From positions 261,867 through 325,866 of the forward strand of contig JBAYIT010000002.1 in NCBI GenBank assembly GCA_041665485.1: 64,000 nucleotides of DNA, written 5' to 3'. The position numbers were made by a program, and so were the translations under genes. The notes under the pieces were generated by a model, which saw only the letters and a list, made by a program, of their open reading frames with translations, ran no database searches and had not been told where the DNA came from. Source of the DNA: Candidatus Shapirobacteria bacterium. Lineage in GTDB: Bacteria > Patescibacteriota > Microgenomatia > UBA12405. Of the stretch, positions 1 to 9,891 are shown piece after piece (positions within the stretch are counted from its first letter, which is position 1; each line of letters begins with the position of its first letter).

Positions 1-542
1 ATCTTTACCTCCATTGAAAATCTCCAAACTCCATTAGCATAACTTAATGACTTCAATTCGGCTTGAGAAAAGTTGTCTAATTTACCACTGTTAATTTCCT
101 GCATTCTTTTTTCCACTGCATCCATTATCTCTCGGCTCTCAGCCAAACCTTCAATCTTTATCCCCGACCTTTCCATTAACTCTGATTTCTCTATCTTTAC
201 TCCGGAGGGCATTATTTCCTGGCGCATTAGCATTAAATACCGGCTATATTCAAATCTGTTTGCCAATACTCCGGCCACCACTTTTGCCTGATACTTTATC
301 TGTTGCGAAGTGTCAGCCCTGGCCGCCAACGGCACCAACCTAGTAGCTAGTCCCGCCATCTCCGCCTTAATTGACTTATTGATTCTCTCCGACACCAAAA
401 GCCAGCCTGTCACCGCCAACCCTAAAACCACGTAAACCATCCCCATCACTATCGATATTTTTTTTATTCTTTTTTTCCACCTCACCCTCGTCGCCTGAAA
501 TTTAGCACTACTGGGCAGTAAATTTAAACCAACTCTTTTCAT
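1..542 (-). CDS. pilN: PilN-like type IV pilus assembly protein, runs off the window edge (absent from ORF track)
   Basis: ATG at 542 overlaps the pilM stop. Manual translation MKRVGLNLLPSSAKFQ... has the NLLP PilM-binding motif, then a basic stretch and one TM helix; open to position 1. Confidence 0.8.
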   Translation of the reverse strand, partial: MKRVGLNLLPSSAKFQATRVRWKKRIKKISIVMGMVYVVLGLAVTGWLLVSERINKSIKAEMAGLATRLVPLAARADTSQQIKYQAKVVAGVLANRFEYSRYLMLMRQEIMPSGVKIEKSELMERSGIKIEGLAESREIMDAVEKRMQEINSGKLDNFSQAELKSLSYANGVWRFSMEVK

Positions 543-1570
543 TCCACCCCCCTCATTGCCAATCCCGCCGCCACTGTAAATCGGCAACCCTCACTGTCCA
601 AATCAAAGGGCACAGTTGCCACTCCTCGGTCAACTTTTAAAAATGGCTGTAACACCTGAACTTCTACTCCCAAAATTCTATTCAGTTCTTGCGACAAACC
701 CGGTAAATTCGCCCCGCCACCGCTCAAAATTAATAAGTTAATCATCCTATTCTCCTCCTCTCTAAAAAGCGCCATTGCCTTTCTTATTTCCTCCGCCATG
801 TTGGTAAAAACCGGCAAAATTGCGTTCTTAATTTTCCCTTCGAGCTCCGTTTCCCTCATCCCATAAACCTTTTTATATTCTTCCGCCGATGGCATATCCA
901 AACCCAAATTAACCGATATTGCCCGGGTTAATGATTCTCCTCCCACTGAAATCGATCTAGTGAAATAAACTTCGCCATCTTTTATTCCCACCATATCGGA
1001 ATATTTTTCCCCCATATCTATCACAATCGCGCTCTCTACCAAGTTGCCGACACTAAAATTAACTGCTCTCTTCATGGCAATCGCTGGCGATTCAATGGCT
1101 AGTAGATCGGTACCAATTATTTTAAACAGGTCAACGTATTTTTTAACTAAGTCATTTCGGGAGGCTATCACCAAAACCGCCATTTTTCCCGCCTCATCAG
1201 TCGACACTACTTCATAATCCATCGACACTTGATCCAAAGGGTAGGGGACAAAGGTTTCCGCCTCAAACTTCAAAGCATCCATTATCTCGGCCTCTTTTAG
1301 TGGTGGCAACCTCACCAATCGGCTAACAATTTTATCTTCCGGCAAACAGGTCACCGCCTGCCCGCCTTTAATTTTCATATCTGTCATTAGTTGTTTCACC
1401 ACTTCGGCCACTTCCCGCTTTGCCTTTTCGTCACTTGAGTCAGCCAGCCAGTCATTCCGTGGGCTTTTTACCTCTCCAATCGCCCCCAACACCACCTTCT
1501 CCTTTTCTTTAACCAAAGAGACTATTTTTACCGATCCCACACCAATATCTACCCCAAAAACTTGAGCCAT
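539..1570 (-). CDS. pilM: Type IV pilus assembly protein PilM (actin/FtsA-like)
   Basis: GVDIG N-terminus, VIDMG, ILSGGGANLPGL and AAGLAMRG motifs; pilus locus. Confidence 0.93.
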   Translation of the reverse strand: MAQVFGVDIGVGSVKIVSLVKEKEKVVLGAIGEVKSPRNDWLADSSDEKAKREVAEVVKQLMTDMKIKGGQAVTCLPEDKIVSRLVRLPPLKEAEIMDALKFEAETFVPYPLDQVSMDYEVVSTDEAGKMAVLVIASRNDLVKKYVDLFKIIGTDLLAIESPAIAMKRAVNFSVGNLVESAIVIDMGEKYSDMVGIKDGEVYFTRSISVGGESLTRAISVNLGLDMPSAEEYKKVYGMRETELEGKIKNAILPVFTNMAEEIRKAMALFREEENRMINLLILSGGGANLPGLSQELNRILGVEVQVLQPFLKVDRGVATVPFDLDSEGCRFTVAAGLAMRGVE

Positions 1571-1574
1571 AATT

Positions 1575-1667
1575 AAGTATCGAGCATTAAGTATTAACTA
1601 TCAAGTATCAAGTCTCTTATCTCTAATATCTAGGATCTAGGATCTAGGATCTAGGATCTAGGATCTA
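1575..1667. repeat. Heptamer tandem tract (TCTAGGA x5 at 1629-1663, preceded by degenerate TCAAGTA/TTAAGTA units)
   Basis: Read directly; fills the intergenic gap. Confidence 0.9.
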
Positions 1668-2429
1668 ATATCCAATTCCTCCCATCGCCGACAAAGGCTC
1701 CAACATAAACGGCAAAATACTATACCGATCAAGTGTTCTCACCCGGCTTTTAACTGCTTCTCCTGTCAGATCTCCCGCCTGCCCCACCGCTGTTATTTGA
1801 TTGCCCTGTCCGGGAAAATTTACTGTTCCCCGTAAACTAAAATTAACCGAGGATAACCCCACCGGCGACACCGTCAACAACACCGGCACTCCCGTCAAAT
1901 TAACCGCCAGGCACCCGCCCGCCCCATCGAAATTAATCATTTCCCTTCTTACCTTAGAAACTCCACTTTCTCTATAGAAAAAATTAACGCTTGCTAGCCC
2001 GGTATAACTGCCAGCACAAACACTAACGCTACTCCCGCTGTAGTAGCCACTACTATAATTTAATTCTCCTCCCGCATCATGTCCGGCTAGCCAAAAATAT
2101 TGGTATTTACCGGGTAGAATTAGCTCATTAAAATCAAGTGTTGTTGAATTGCCAATCGTCTCAATCGTCACTTCCGCCCTACTTTTACCATCCGAGCTTC
2201 GATATTCTGTCTTTCCCAAAGAAGTCGTCGTCCCCGTTCCCAAAAAGTATTCAATTCCTGATTCGGCGGTATTAAACGCCTGTTTTTGCAATTCGTCATC
2301 AATATCGATCTTTGTTTCCAAAACAGTTTTTTTAGACAGCGACAACCCCAAAGTCGTAATTACCGCCGCCGCCAGCAATACCACCAGCGACACCTGCCCC
2401 TTATTTTTTGGAAATTGTGATTTTTTCAT
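1665..2429 (-). CDS. PilX/PilK-like minor pilin
   Basis: KNKG/QVSLVVLL prepilin-like N-terminus lacking E5, followed by QAFNTAESGIE typical of PilX N-termini. Confidence 0.7.
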   Translation of the reverse strand: MKKSQFPKNKGQVSLVVLLAAAVITTLGLSLSKKTVLETKIDIDDELQKQAFNTAESGIEYFLGTGTTTSLGKTEYRSSDGKSRAEVTIETIGNSTTLDFNELILPGKYQYFWLAGHDAGGELNYSSGYYSGSSVSVCAGSYTGLASVNFFYRESGVSKVRREMINFDGAGGCLAVNLTGVPVLLTVSPVGLSSVNFSLRGTVNFPGQGNQITAVGQAGDLTGEAVKSRVRTLDRYSILPFMLEPLSAMGGIGY

Positions 2430-2474
2430 TGGAACTTGTTTGGAAATTGGTTATTGGAAATTAGTAATTTTGCC

Positions 2475-5400
2475 TTAATTATAATTCCACCCCGACACTA
2501 TCCGTCCGATTATTGACGGCATACTAAACACAAAATCGGGTCGATATTTTATTGTCACTGCCGGGGCCTCGTTATTGTCTCCACTATCGCTAAACGATCG
2601 GTCGATTTTAATCTGGCTTGTCCCTCCGCTCGAATGTACTATCCCACTGATTGTCAAACCACTATCTAAATCTCCCCCAATATTAATATTTTTGTCGGCC
2701 ACAAAAACTCCTTCCGAATTTGTTACCTCCGATAAAAATGTCAAATCTCCACTACTTACCACCATTAAAAATTTATCTTGATTGACCGTATTATTTACAT
2801 CGATCGTCATGTTTCCGTCAACCAGAACTATTCCCGTTCCTCCAATTCCGGCTATCACCGAGCTCAAACTTGTTCCTGCCCCCACCACTTTAATTGAATT
2901 TAACTTTCCCACTAGACTTTGAGAGAAATAAGCATGATTATAAATACTCGATCCCATTAAGTTCCCACTTGGTCCTTTCCAAGACCAATTGTTGGGACTG
3001 CCAAAAAAAGCATTGTCGCCAGCCAACCCCTTGTTAATATCTATCGCTGTTACCAAGCCATTATCATTGGCCCCCGTCGCGCTTTCCACCGTCATTGCTG
3101 GCTTACAAGCGCTCGCCGATGCGCAAGTCATCGGAATTCGATTATTAATTGCACTACTCGCTCTAATTCCTCCTCCTACCACTTGATACCAAGCATCCTG
3201 GGTCAACACCACCGAAAAATCTACATCCAAATTTTGGCTAACCGCGTAAGCATCCAGGAAACCTGGAGTCAATACTAATCTAAAGTCCCCATTTACACAC
3301 ATCTGCGGTGACAAACGATTAACTCCGCTATAAATAAAAACTTCATATGTCCTGGCCCAATTAAGTTTTTCTCCGGCCGAGTCAGAGTAGTTTGGCGCCG
3401 ATACTGTCATTGTTTTATTACCATATCTTAGGCTGTAATCAATTGTCGACAAAGTATTAAATCCATTCCCATTGGCGCAGTTTGGTGTCCCAAAAGGAGC
3501 GTCCGACCCGTCATACAAACTCCCGGACACATTCACCTCGCAATTCCACACTTTAAAATCCCTATTAGTGTCCGTATTACTATTGGTTAGCCCCGATTTG
3601 TCAGTAATTGTCACCGATAGGGGATAGGTGCCAGTCCCATTATCGCTACCAGCAAAGTCCACTTCAGCCCGGGCAACTGCCCCGGCCAAAGTCATATTGT
3701 AATTTTTCCCGTTCCACCCCAACACCACCGAAGCAATATCCGCCAAACCATTACTGTCACTCACCCCTGCTTCAAATATCACTCTTCTCGGTATGTCTGA
3801 ATCCTGAAAAACTAACTCACAAATATGGTTTCGTCCGTCGCCAGTTGTTGCCACTGTTGCATCAGAATTCTTAATTGTAAACGACACCAGTTCTGGCGCA
3901 TTAGCCACCGGCGCCACCGGATGAGTTATCACAAAATAACGTGGCAAAGACCAAGCTGTTTCAACGCTACAGGTTTTGTTTTGTGCCGCTACTTGCCAGT
4001 AATAAACCACGTTATCAGAGAAAATCGAGCTGTTCACCACATACTGATTAGTCGCTATCCCCGCCAAAGTCATTTCTGTCACCATCACTCCCTCCCGATA
4101 AACAGCAAAGTAATAGCCATCAGTTAAAGCGTCAGTATTAGCGTTCCATCTAAAAGTTATTGTTGTTGCCGGATTAACAATTGTTTCCGGATCGCCCGAC
4201 GTTGTCCCCGAAGATACGGTTGTTGGTGTTGGCGGAATCCCTGCATCAGTGTTAGCGCAAAAATCACCACAGCCATTTTCCTGTCCGCAATAAGGAGCGT
4301 TACAAACACAGCTACAGCCACCGCAGTTATCACAACTAATTACCTTATTTGCCGTTGCCGACCAGCTTGAATCTTTACTGAAATTGTCCGTCGCTTTAAC
4401 CCGGCCGTAAACCGTTCCTTCACTCATCAAATTAGTGTAACTTTGCGAAGTTGCTGTTGTCACCGACTGCTGTAAACTTGTCCCCGAAAAATCGACAGTA
4501 TTGGCTGTATCTATCTGATAATTCTTCACCCCGGCGCAACCATTGTCAGACACTACCCCCCAGCTACCAGTTACATTAAATCTCCTCACCCCACCTACTA
4601 GTCCGTAATAAGAACAAGATAGTGCCAGCGACGGTGTCATTGGCCCCAGCGAGTCTGATTTCACCCACACTGGTGTAAACCCACTTCCAGTAGTTGATCC
4701 ATTTTTATATCTCGCCGTCACCGACACACAAGCATTTTGAGCCAAGCTCATCGGAACAGTGTAACTATCCACTTTTCCCGCCTTAATTACCGGGTCAGCT
4801 ATATCACTATTGGTAACATAAGTTTCTCTAATAGCGCACGCCCCAGCCACATCAACCCCCGTCCAATTCCAAGTCGGCGTCCCCGCCGACACGCAAGTAG
4901 CACTACTCCCGCCACAACTTGTTGTTCCGTTTGTACTTACCCCACTAATACTGCCAAACACTGGTGTCGAAGGTGGGGCACAATAGGTTGCCATCCCTCC
5001 GCAAATATCACTATCTACTGGCAAATTGGTGTTCCGATATTGAACACACATTTTCTTATCGCCATAAGTTGCTGAAACAGACTTGCTTTTTACTGCCACC
5101 ACTGGCTCCCAATCCTCCTGCCAGCGGGAATCATCAGCACTAATCCCAGCGCAACTTTCACTACTCCCCGGCTGCAAAAATCTCACCTGATTTACTCCCG
5201 TGTCATAGGCCAAGTTTATGCTAGCCGCCGGCGAACTCAAATAACAAGCACTATTTCTTGGGCTTGCGCTCCACTGGCTATAATTACAACCATTAAAATT
5301 GGCATCATTCCAGTCAACACACCTCGGCTTGGCGTAATACTGCGTCATCGCTCCGCATTTAGCCTTATCTTCGTTACTATTTTTGTATTCCACACACAAT

Positions 5401-8045
5401 TTCTTTTCCCCATACCCGCCAAGCGACAAGGTCCGGTTAACCGTTGCTGTCACCGGATTCCAAGTCGTCCAACCTGTCTGACTATCAGAAACCGAAGCGC
5501 AATCCCCACTGGCAATTTCTATAAATCGGTAGCTAGTCACTCCGGCGCTCCAACTTAAATTCACCGGCACGGTTGTCGAGGTAGTAAAACAAGCCGTATT
5601 TCTCGGGCTACTGTTCCACATCGCCCAACTACAATTATTAATTTTTATGTTTCCCCAGCTATCACACACCGGCAGGGCCACATAATACTCTGTCATCGCT
5701 CCGCATGGCAAGCTATTTCCATAGGTATTTTTGTATTGAGCACACAACTTTTTCTCCCCATATCCCGAACTCAAGACTTTATTTTTTGTTGCTGCCACCG
5801 TCTCCCAAGCCGACCACCGACTATCCTCCGAATCACCATCAACAATCACCGGAAAGCCGTCCACTGCACTACAGTTTTCGGCACCTCCTACTTCTGCAAA
5901 CCGAACATGAGTTGCCCCCAAATCCCAACTCAAATTTACCGGCACGGTGGTTGAAGCTGTCAAACAAGAAGCGTTCCTCGGACTAGAGTTATACATCGCA
6001 CTATCGCAGTTATTAATCTTCACACTGCTCCAACTATTACAACTCGGTGGACCTTCCACCAATTCATAACTCAACTCTGTTTCTACGTTGTATTGATTAG
6101 AAAAAACCACTTTGTGTGTCCCCAAGCTACTCGTCCCATTCCACATATTACTCGTCCCAGCCAAACAGGTGAAATTCCAGGTATAACTTCCACTTTTTGT
6201 TACCGTACAACCGTGTAAAAGTACATCTGCATTCTGTTGTATGGTTCCTCCGTCTTCTCTCCACACAATATTATTGTCATCATAATAGCTGGCATTACTT
6301 TCTCCACCCCGCGTCGTATCATGCAACCTCACTTTCGCCGGTACCCCATCTGCTCCGGCAACAGTCACCGTAAAACTCACACTCCCTCCCGGTAAAACTT
6401 TTGGTGTGTTCATCACTCCACTTGCCCTTCCTGGGTCAAAACAATTGGTTACAATATTCCCCACCTCCGTCCCTTTCACATAAGCCTGGGCGCAAACTTT
6501 CCCTCCACTGTATTTCCAATCTGCCCCCCAAGGCGCGCTTTGCGCCGGCTCACCATCTTCACCCGTACACATCACTCCTGAAACAGTACAACTTTCAGCA
6601 TATCCGCGGGGAGTGTACAAACTACTTGTAGAAGGGCCAATCTTAATCTGTGTTTCCAAATTACAACAACCGCTTGGATCAGCATCTCTCGCCGCCTCTG
6701 GGTTAGGTGAATAGCCAAATTTTGATGGAATATCCGCCACCCTAACATCAAACCTGTCAGAGTTACTTCTATTTGTCCTAATATTAGGGTTAATAACAAT
6801 TGTTGATCTGCTCGGGTAATCAACTGGGTTGCATGGGGCAAACGTTGGTAACTTTCCACAACAATACTGCGTTCCATTTCTTTCGCAATAATTATCACCA
6901 TCACTACTTTCACTACAATTTTGTCCGTCCAAACCTTTTCCCGAAGGGCACCATTCATGTTGTCCGGGAGCGTCTCCACACTGGCTATCCAAAAAACAAT
7001 CAGTGTTTCTGGCCGGGGCACAAGCCGGCGGGCCACAATCAACAGTACACGCATTATAACGACAACATTCTCCAGATGGACACTGAGAATCAGACGTACA
7101 TCCCGGTGGCACCGGTGTATTCGTCGCTATCGGCGCCACTCCTCCGCATGTCCCTCCACATCCATCACTCCCTCCATCCGCCACCCCAACGCAGTCAGGA
7201 GTACAAGTCCAACTACAATCTCTAATCGGGCAAGACGCCGAAGAACAGTGAGACATTTGGCAATCCTCCCGATTTGTAAATCCGCAAGATATCGCCCCCG
7301 ACCCTGCCCCCGCTACACAGTCTCGGGTACAAGTACCCAAGTCACCTAACCCACATGGTGCAGAAACATTGTCACAAGTCCCACCACCAGGAGTACAACT
7401 ATAAACATAACTTCCACACTCATATGTTCCCCAGCAAGTTCCTGCAGCCATCGCTGGTCTAACCAGTTTCCAGCCAACCTTCGACTTACGAACCAGGCGA
7501 ATAAATTGGCTCTCCCTGGAATATTTACCGGCAACCTGGTTACATCGGGTGTCATCGTCAAATCTGTCGTTATATCTCGACTGAAAACAAATCATTTTTA
7601 ACACGCCAAATGTCGTTCTCCGCCAAATGTACGGTATATTGTTTCGATCCGTCAACTCCACCAATGTCTCCGGTGAATAATAAATTCTGGCCTGATTAGT
7701 CAAAATTCTATTTTGATATCTAAAGCCAAAGGCTTGAAATGGCGGTTTATTAACATTCGAAAACAATTTATAATCATTTTCGACCTTACCACTCAGCACT
7801 ATCTCTAGTCGCAATGGCCAAACAATCTTTGGCCTACTAATTTGCTCTCGCACCCCACCACCCCAATAATTAATCTCTCCCAAAAAAGCATTAAATTGTC
7901 TCCAATCAATTATTTGTAATTCATATTCCTGTACTTCCGAAACCAGCTTCACTCGTGTTAACGTCACATAGCCAATAACCACCAACAAAAATACTAACAA
8001 CAAAACCAATAACTTCTTCACACACTCATAATAACAAAAAATCAA
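2475..8045 (-). CDS. Giant Cys-rich surface protein, putative pilus-associated adhesin (likely start GTG 8021)
   Basis: N-terminal TM, Cys-rich region, three ~115-120-aa tandem repeats, FN3/Ig-like segments; directly upstream of the PilX-like gene. Confidence 0.7.
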   Translation of the reverse strand: MIFCYYECVKKLLVLLLVFLLVVIGYVTLTRVKLVSEVQEYELQIIDWRQFNAFLGEINYWGGGVREQISRPKIVWPLRLEIVLSGKVENDYKLFSNVNKPPFQAFGFRYQNRILTNQARIYYSPETLVELTDRNNIPYIWRRTTFGVLKMICFQSRYNDRFDDDTRCNQVAGKYSRESQFIRLVRKSKVGWKLVRPAMAAGTCWGTYECGSYVYSCTPGGGTCDNVSAPCGLGDLGTCTRDCVAGAGSGAISCGFTNREDCQMSHCSSASCPIRDCSWTCTPDCVGVADGGSDGCGGTCGGVAPIATNTPVPPGCTSDSQCPSGECCRYNACTVDCGPPACAPARNTDCFLDSQCGDAPGQHEWCPSGKGLDGQNCSESSDGDNYCERNGTQYCCGKLPTFAPCNPVDYPSRSTIVINPNIRTNRSNSDRFDVRVADIPSKFGYSPNPEAARDADPSGCCNLETQIKIGPSTSSLYTPRGYAESCTVSGVMCTGEDGEPAQSAPWGADWKYSGGKVCAQAYVKGTEVGNIVTNCFDPGRASGVMNTPKVLPGGSVSFTVTVAGADGVPAKVRLHDTTRGGESNASYYDDNNIVWREDGGTIQQNADVLLHGCTVTKSGSYTWNFTCLAGTSNMWNGTSSLGTHKVVFSNQYNVETELSYELVEGPPSCNSWSSVKINNCDSAMYNSSPRNASCLTASTTVPVNLSWDLGATHVRFAEVGGAENCSAVDGFPVIVDGDSEDSRWSAWETVAATKNKVLSSGYGEKKLCAQYKNTYGNSLPCGAMTEYYVALPVCDSWGNIKINNCSWAMWNSSPRNTACFTTSTTVPVNLSWSAGVTSYRFIEIASGDCASVSDSQTGWTTWNPVTATVNRTLSLGGYGEKKLCVEYKNSNEDKAKCGAMTQYYAKPRCVDWNDANFNGCNYSQWSASPRNSACYLSSPAASINLAYDTGVNQVRFLQPGSSESCAGISADDSRWQEDWEPVVAVKSKSVSATYGDKKMCVQYRNTNLPVDSDICGGMATYCAPPSTPVFGSISGVSTNGTTSCGGSSATCVSAGTPTWNWTGVDVAGACAIRETYVTNSDIADPVIKAGKVDSYTVPMSLAQNACVSVTARYKNGSTTGSGFTPVWVKSDSLGPMTPSLALSCSYYGLVGGVRRFNVTGSWGVVSDNGCAGVKNYQIDTANTVDFSGTSLQQSVTTATSQSYTNLMSEGTVYGRVKATDNFSKDSSWSATANKVISCDNCGGCSCVCNAPYCGQENGCGDFCANTDAGIPPTPTTVSSGTTSGDPETIVNPATTITFRWNANTDALTDGYYFAVYREGVMVTEMTLAGIATNQYVVNSSIFSDNVVYYWQVAAQNKTCSVETAWSLPRYFVITHPVAPVANAPELVSFTIKNSDATVATTGDGRNHICELVFQDSDIPRRVIFEAGVSDSNGLADIASVVLGWNGKNYNMTLAGAVARAEVDFAGSDNGTGTYPLSVTITDKSGLTNSNTDTNRDFKVWNCEVNVSGSLYDGSDAPFGTPNCANGNGFNTLSTIDYSLRYGNKTMTVSAPNYSDSAGEKLNWARTYEVFIYSGVNRLSPQMCVNGDFRLVLTPGFLDAYAVSQNLDVDFSVVLTQDAWYQVVGGGIRASSAINNRIPMTCASASACKPAMTVESATGANDNGLVTAIDINKGLAGDNAFFGSPNNWSWKGPSGNLMGSSIYNHAYFSQSLVGKLNSIKVVGAGTSLSSVIAGIGGTGIVLVDGNMTIDVNNTVNQDKFLMVVSSGDLTFLSEVTNSEGVFVADKNINIGGDLDSGLTISGIVHSSGGTSQIKIDRSFSDSGDNNEAPAVTIKYRPDFVFSMPSIIGRIVSGWNYN

Positions 8046-9755
8046 CTACCTAACTATCTTCAAAAGAGTTTTCATTGTCTCTAGAGACTCCATTTTCCCA
8101 TCCCACACCTTAGAGCTAATTTCTCTCAAAATACGTGTCGGTTCGCCAGAATTATCAACAGCCAAAACATCACCTCTTCCACTCAGGACGTTACCATCAT
8201 TATTAGTGGCAGACAACAGTAAGTGACCAACACGACTAGAAAGCTGCATATCGACCGCAGCACTAGCAACACGCTCCGGAACCTTATAGTCTTTTTGAAC
8301 AGAAACTTCTGTATCAAAAAACTGGCCAACAATAAGCAACTTTCCCCCAACCAAAACTAAATTAATATTGCTCTGTGTCGACAAATTAAGTGGTAAAGTT
8401 GGATATCCGCCTTCCACTGTCGCTATGTCAAAGACTACTCCTACATCCACTGTCGGCTTTCCATTCTTAACTTCTAATTTCCAATCACGAATTTGTCTGT
8501 CCTGGTTTTTATTGGGACTATCGACGCCACCATCAACTGCCGGAATCTTAAGAACCACCTCTCCTTTTTTCACCATCCCCACCCATTGATTATAAGTAAC
8601 ACTAGCTCGGCCGGTTACATCATCGCTCACCCACGACCGCCAAACCATTTTTAATGCCATCGCCACATGTTCTTTGGCTGCATCCTCTCTAGCCACCACA
8701 ATCCCTTTATAATCCCGCTCTGCCTCAAATCTATCAGTGTAACCAACCGATAAATTTACCTGTATTCCATCCACCTCCGCACTCAATGGCAGTTCAAAGG
8801 CTATCGGGTATAAAGCCATCTTTTGGCTTTCTACCTCTTTGTTTACCGCCGTTGGCGCCGCGTCGACTTTAGCTGGAGTAGGGGAGGCGGGTGGAGTCGG
8901 AGCAGAAGTTGGAGGAACCTGGGCGGTAGCCACCTGTGCCAACGCCACCTGTTCCCAATCTCTATCCAACGAGTCAAATCTCCAACTAATCTTTCCATCA
9001 ACCGAAACAATTGAGAGATTACCCAAAGAGTCAACCATCACTTTCTCTCCAGGCTTGAATTCTCTCCATCCCGCTAAAATTGGAGCTACTGCGTTTCCCT
9101 TTCCATCCCATGCTTGAACCATAGGACCATCGGCTCCTGTTGAAAATACTGCTACAGAAATGGCATAAGCTTCAGAGTCAACGTCTGTTGGTAACAAGTA
9201 TTCCTTCCCATCAGAACTCTTATATCTAGCCAAACCCCCACTACCCGTATGTTCTACAAAAGTGTATGTCTGTCCACCAAAAGAAAGACTATTCGGAGCG
9301 TCAAGTATTCTTGCACTTGTTCCGCCATCATAAAGCCTAGTTGAACCTTCACCGGTTCCCAGTGTCGCCAAAGTTCTCCCTTCTCCAAAATTAGTTGTTT
9401 GACCAATTTGGTCAGTACTCAAAGATGCAGACGCCACCCCCTCTGCTCCAATTGCTAACCTTTTTACATTGTGATCCAAAATTACTGGCCTGGTTGCCTT
9501 CTCCTTAACTGGTGTGTTCGCCACATAAGGAGCACTTATCGGTTTAACTTCTGTTGGTACTCCATTCGGTTCTCCTCTTGTCGGGCTTGGTGCTCCAGTC
9601 GCCGGTGGAGTTGTCGGTTCAAGAGACTTCACCGCCTCTTGCCCACCAGCACAACCACCAGTAAGATATGTCGTGGCCACAAAACCCAAGGCCCCTAAAC
9701 CCCTCTTCAAAACATTACCAAAAGATATCTCTGGACTCTTATTCATCCTATTCAT
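8046..9755 (-). CDS. Putative lipoprotein/exported protein with Pro/Thr-rich linkers
   Basis: Hydrophobic stretch ending in LTGGC (lipobox-like); two P/T-rich linkers. Confidence 0.6.
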   Translation of the reverse strand: MNRMNKSPEISFGNVLKRGLGALGFVATTYLTGGCAGGQEAVKSLEPTTPPATGAPSPTRGEPNGVPTEVKPISAPYVANTPVKEKATRPVILDHNVKRLAIGAEGVASASLSTDQIGQTTNFGEGRTLATLGTGEGSTRLYDGGTSARILDAPNSLSFGGQTYTFVEHTGSGGLARYKSSDGKEYLLPTDVDSEAYAISVAVFSTGADGPMVQAWDGKGNAVAPILAGWREFKPGEKVMVDSLGNLSIVSVDGKISWRFDSLDRDWEQVALAQVATAQVPPTSAPTPPASPTPAKVDAAPTAVNKEVESQKMALYPIAFELPLSAEVDGIQVNLSVGYTDRFEAERDYKGIVVAREDAAKEHVAMALKMVWRSWVSDDVTGRASVTYNQWVGMVKKGEVVLKIPAVDGGVDSPNKNQDRQIRDWKLEVKNGKPTVDVGVVFDIATVEGGYPTLPLNLSTQSNINLVLVGGKLLIVGQFFDTEVSVQKDYKVPERVASAAVDMQLSSRVGHLLLSATNNDGNVLSGRGDVLAVDNSGEPTRILREISSKVWDGKMESLETMKTLLKIVR

Positions 9756-9776
9756 ATCCTATAATCTAACATCCAA

Positions 9777-9804
9777 ATTATACCCCATTTTCCCCCCAAA
9801 TCAA
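9777..9804 (-). promoter_or_regulatory. Sigma70-type promoter for the 8046-9755 gene
   Basis: TTGATT-16 bp-TATAAT on the minus strand. Confidence 0.6.
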
Positions 9805-9835
9805 GCAGGAAAATATGTACATACCAACTGTGTAT
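9786..9835. repeat. 50-bp direct repeat, copy 1 (partner 12730-12779)
   Basis: 45/50 identical; perfect 31-bp core CCCCCAAATCAAGCAGGAAAATATGTACATA. Confidence 0.9.
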
Positions 9836-9891
9836 ACCTAATCATACTATTAGTCGTTTACTAATCTAAGTTACTAGAAGCAATATAAAAA

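Noticed and set aside
1575-1667. CRISPR array suggested by short repeats here and elsewhere
   Set aside because: Units are 7-9 bp and contiguous with no unique spacers; no cas genes
4980-6050. Diversity-generating retroelement TR/VR pair in the giant protein repeats
   Set aside because: The repeats are in-frame protein domain duplications with differences not confined to adenines; no reverse transcriptase in the window
2149-9864. Many + strand ORFs of 60-140 aa in the ORF track, here and opposite other genes
   Set aside because: Antisense shadows of well-supported genes, favoured by the strong strand bias; no motifs or start signals
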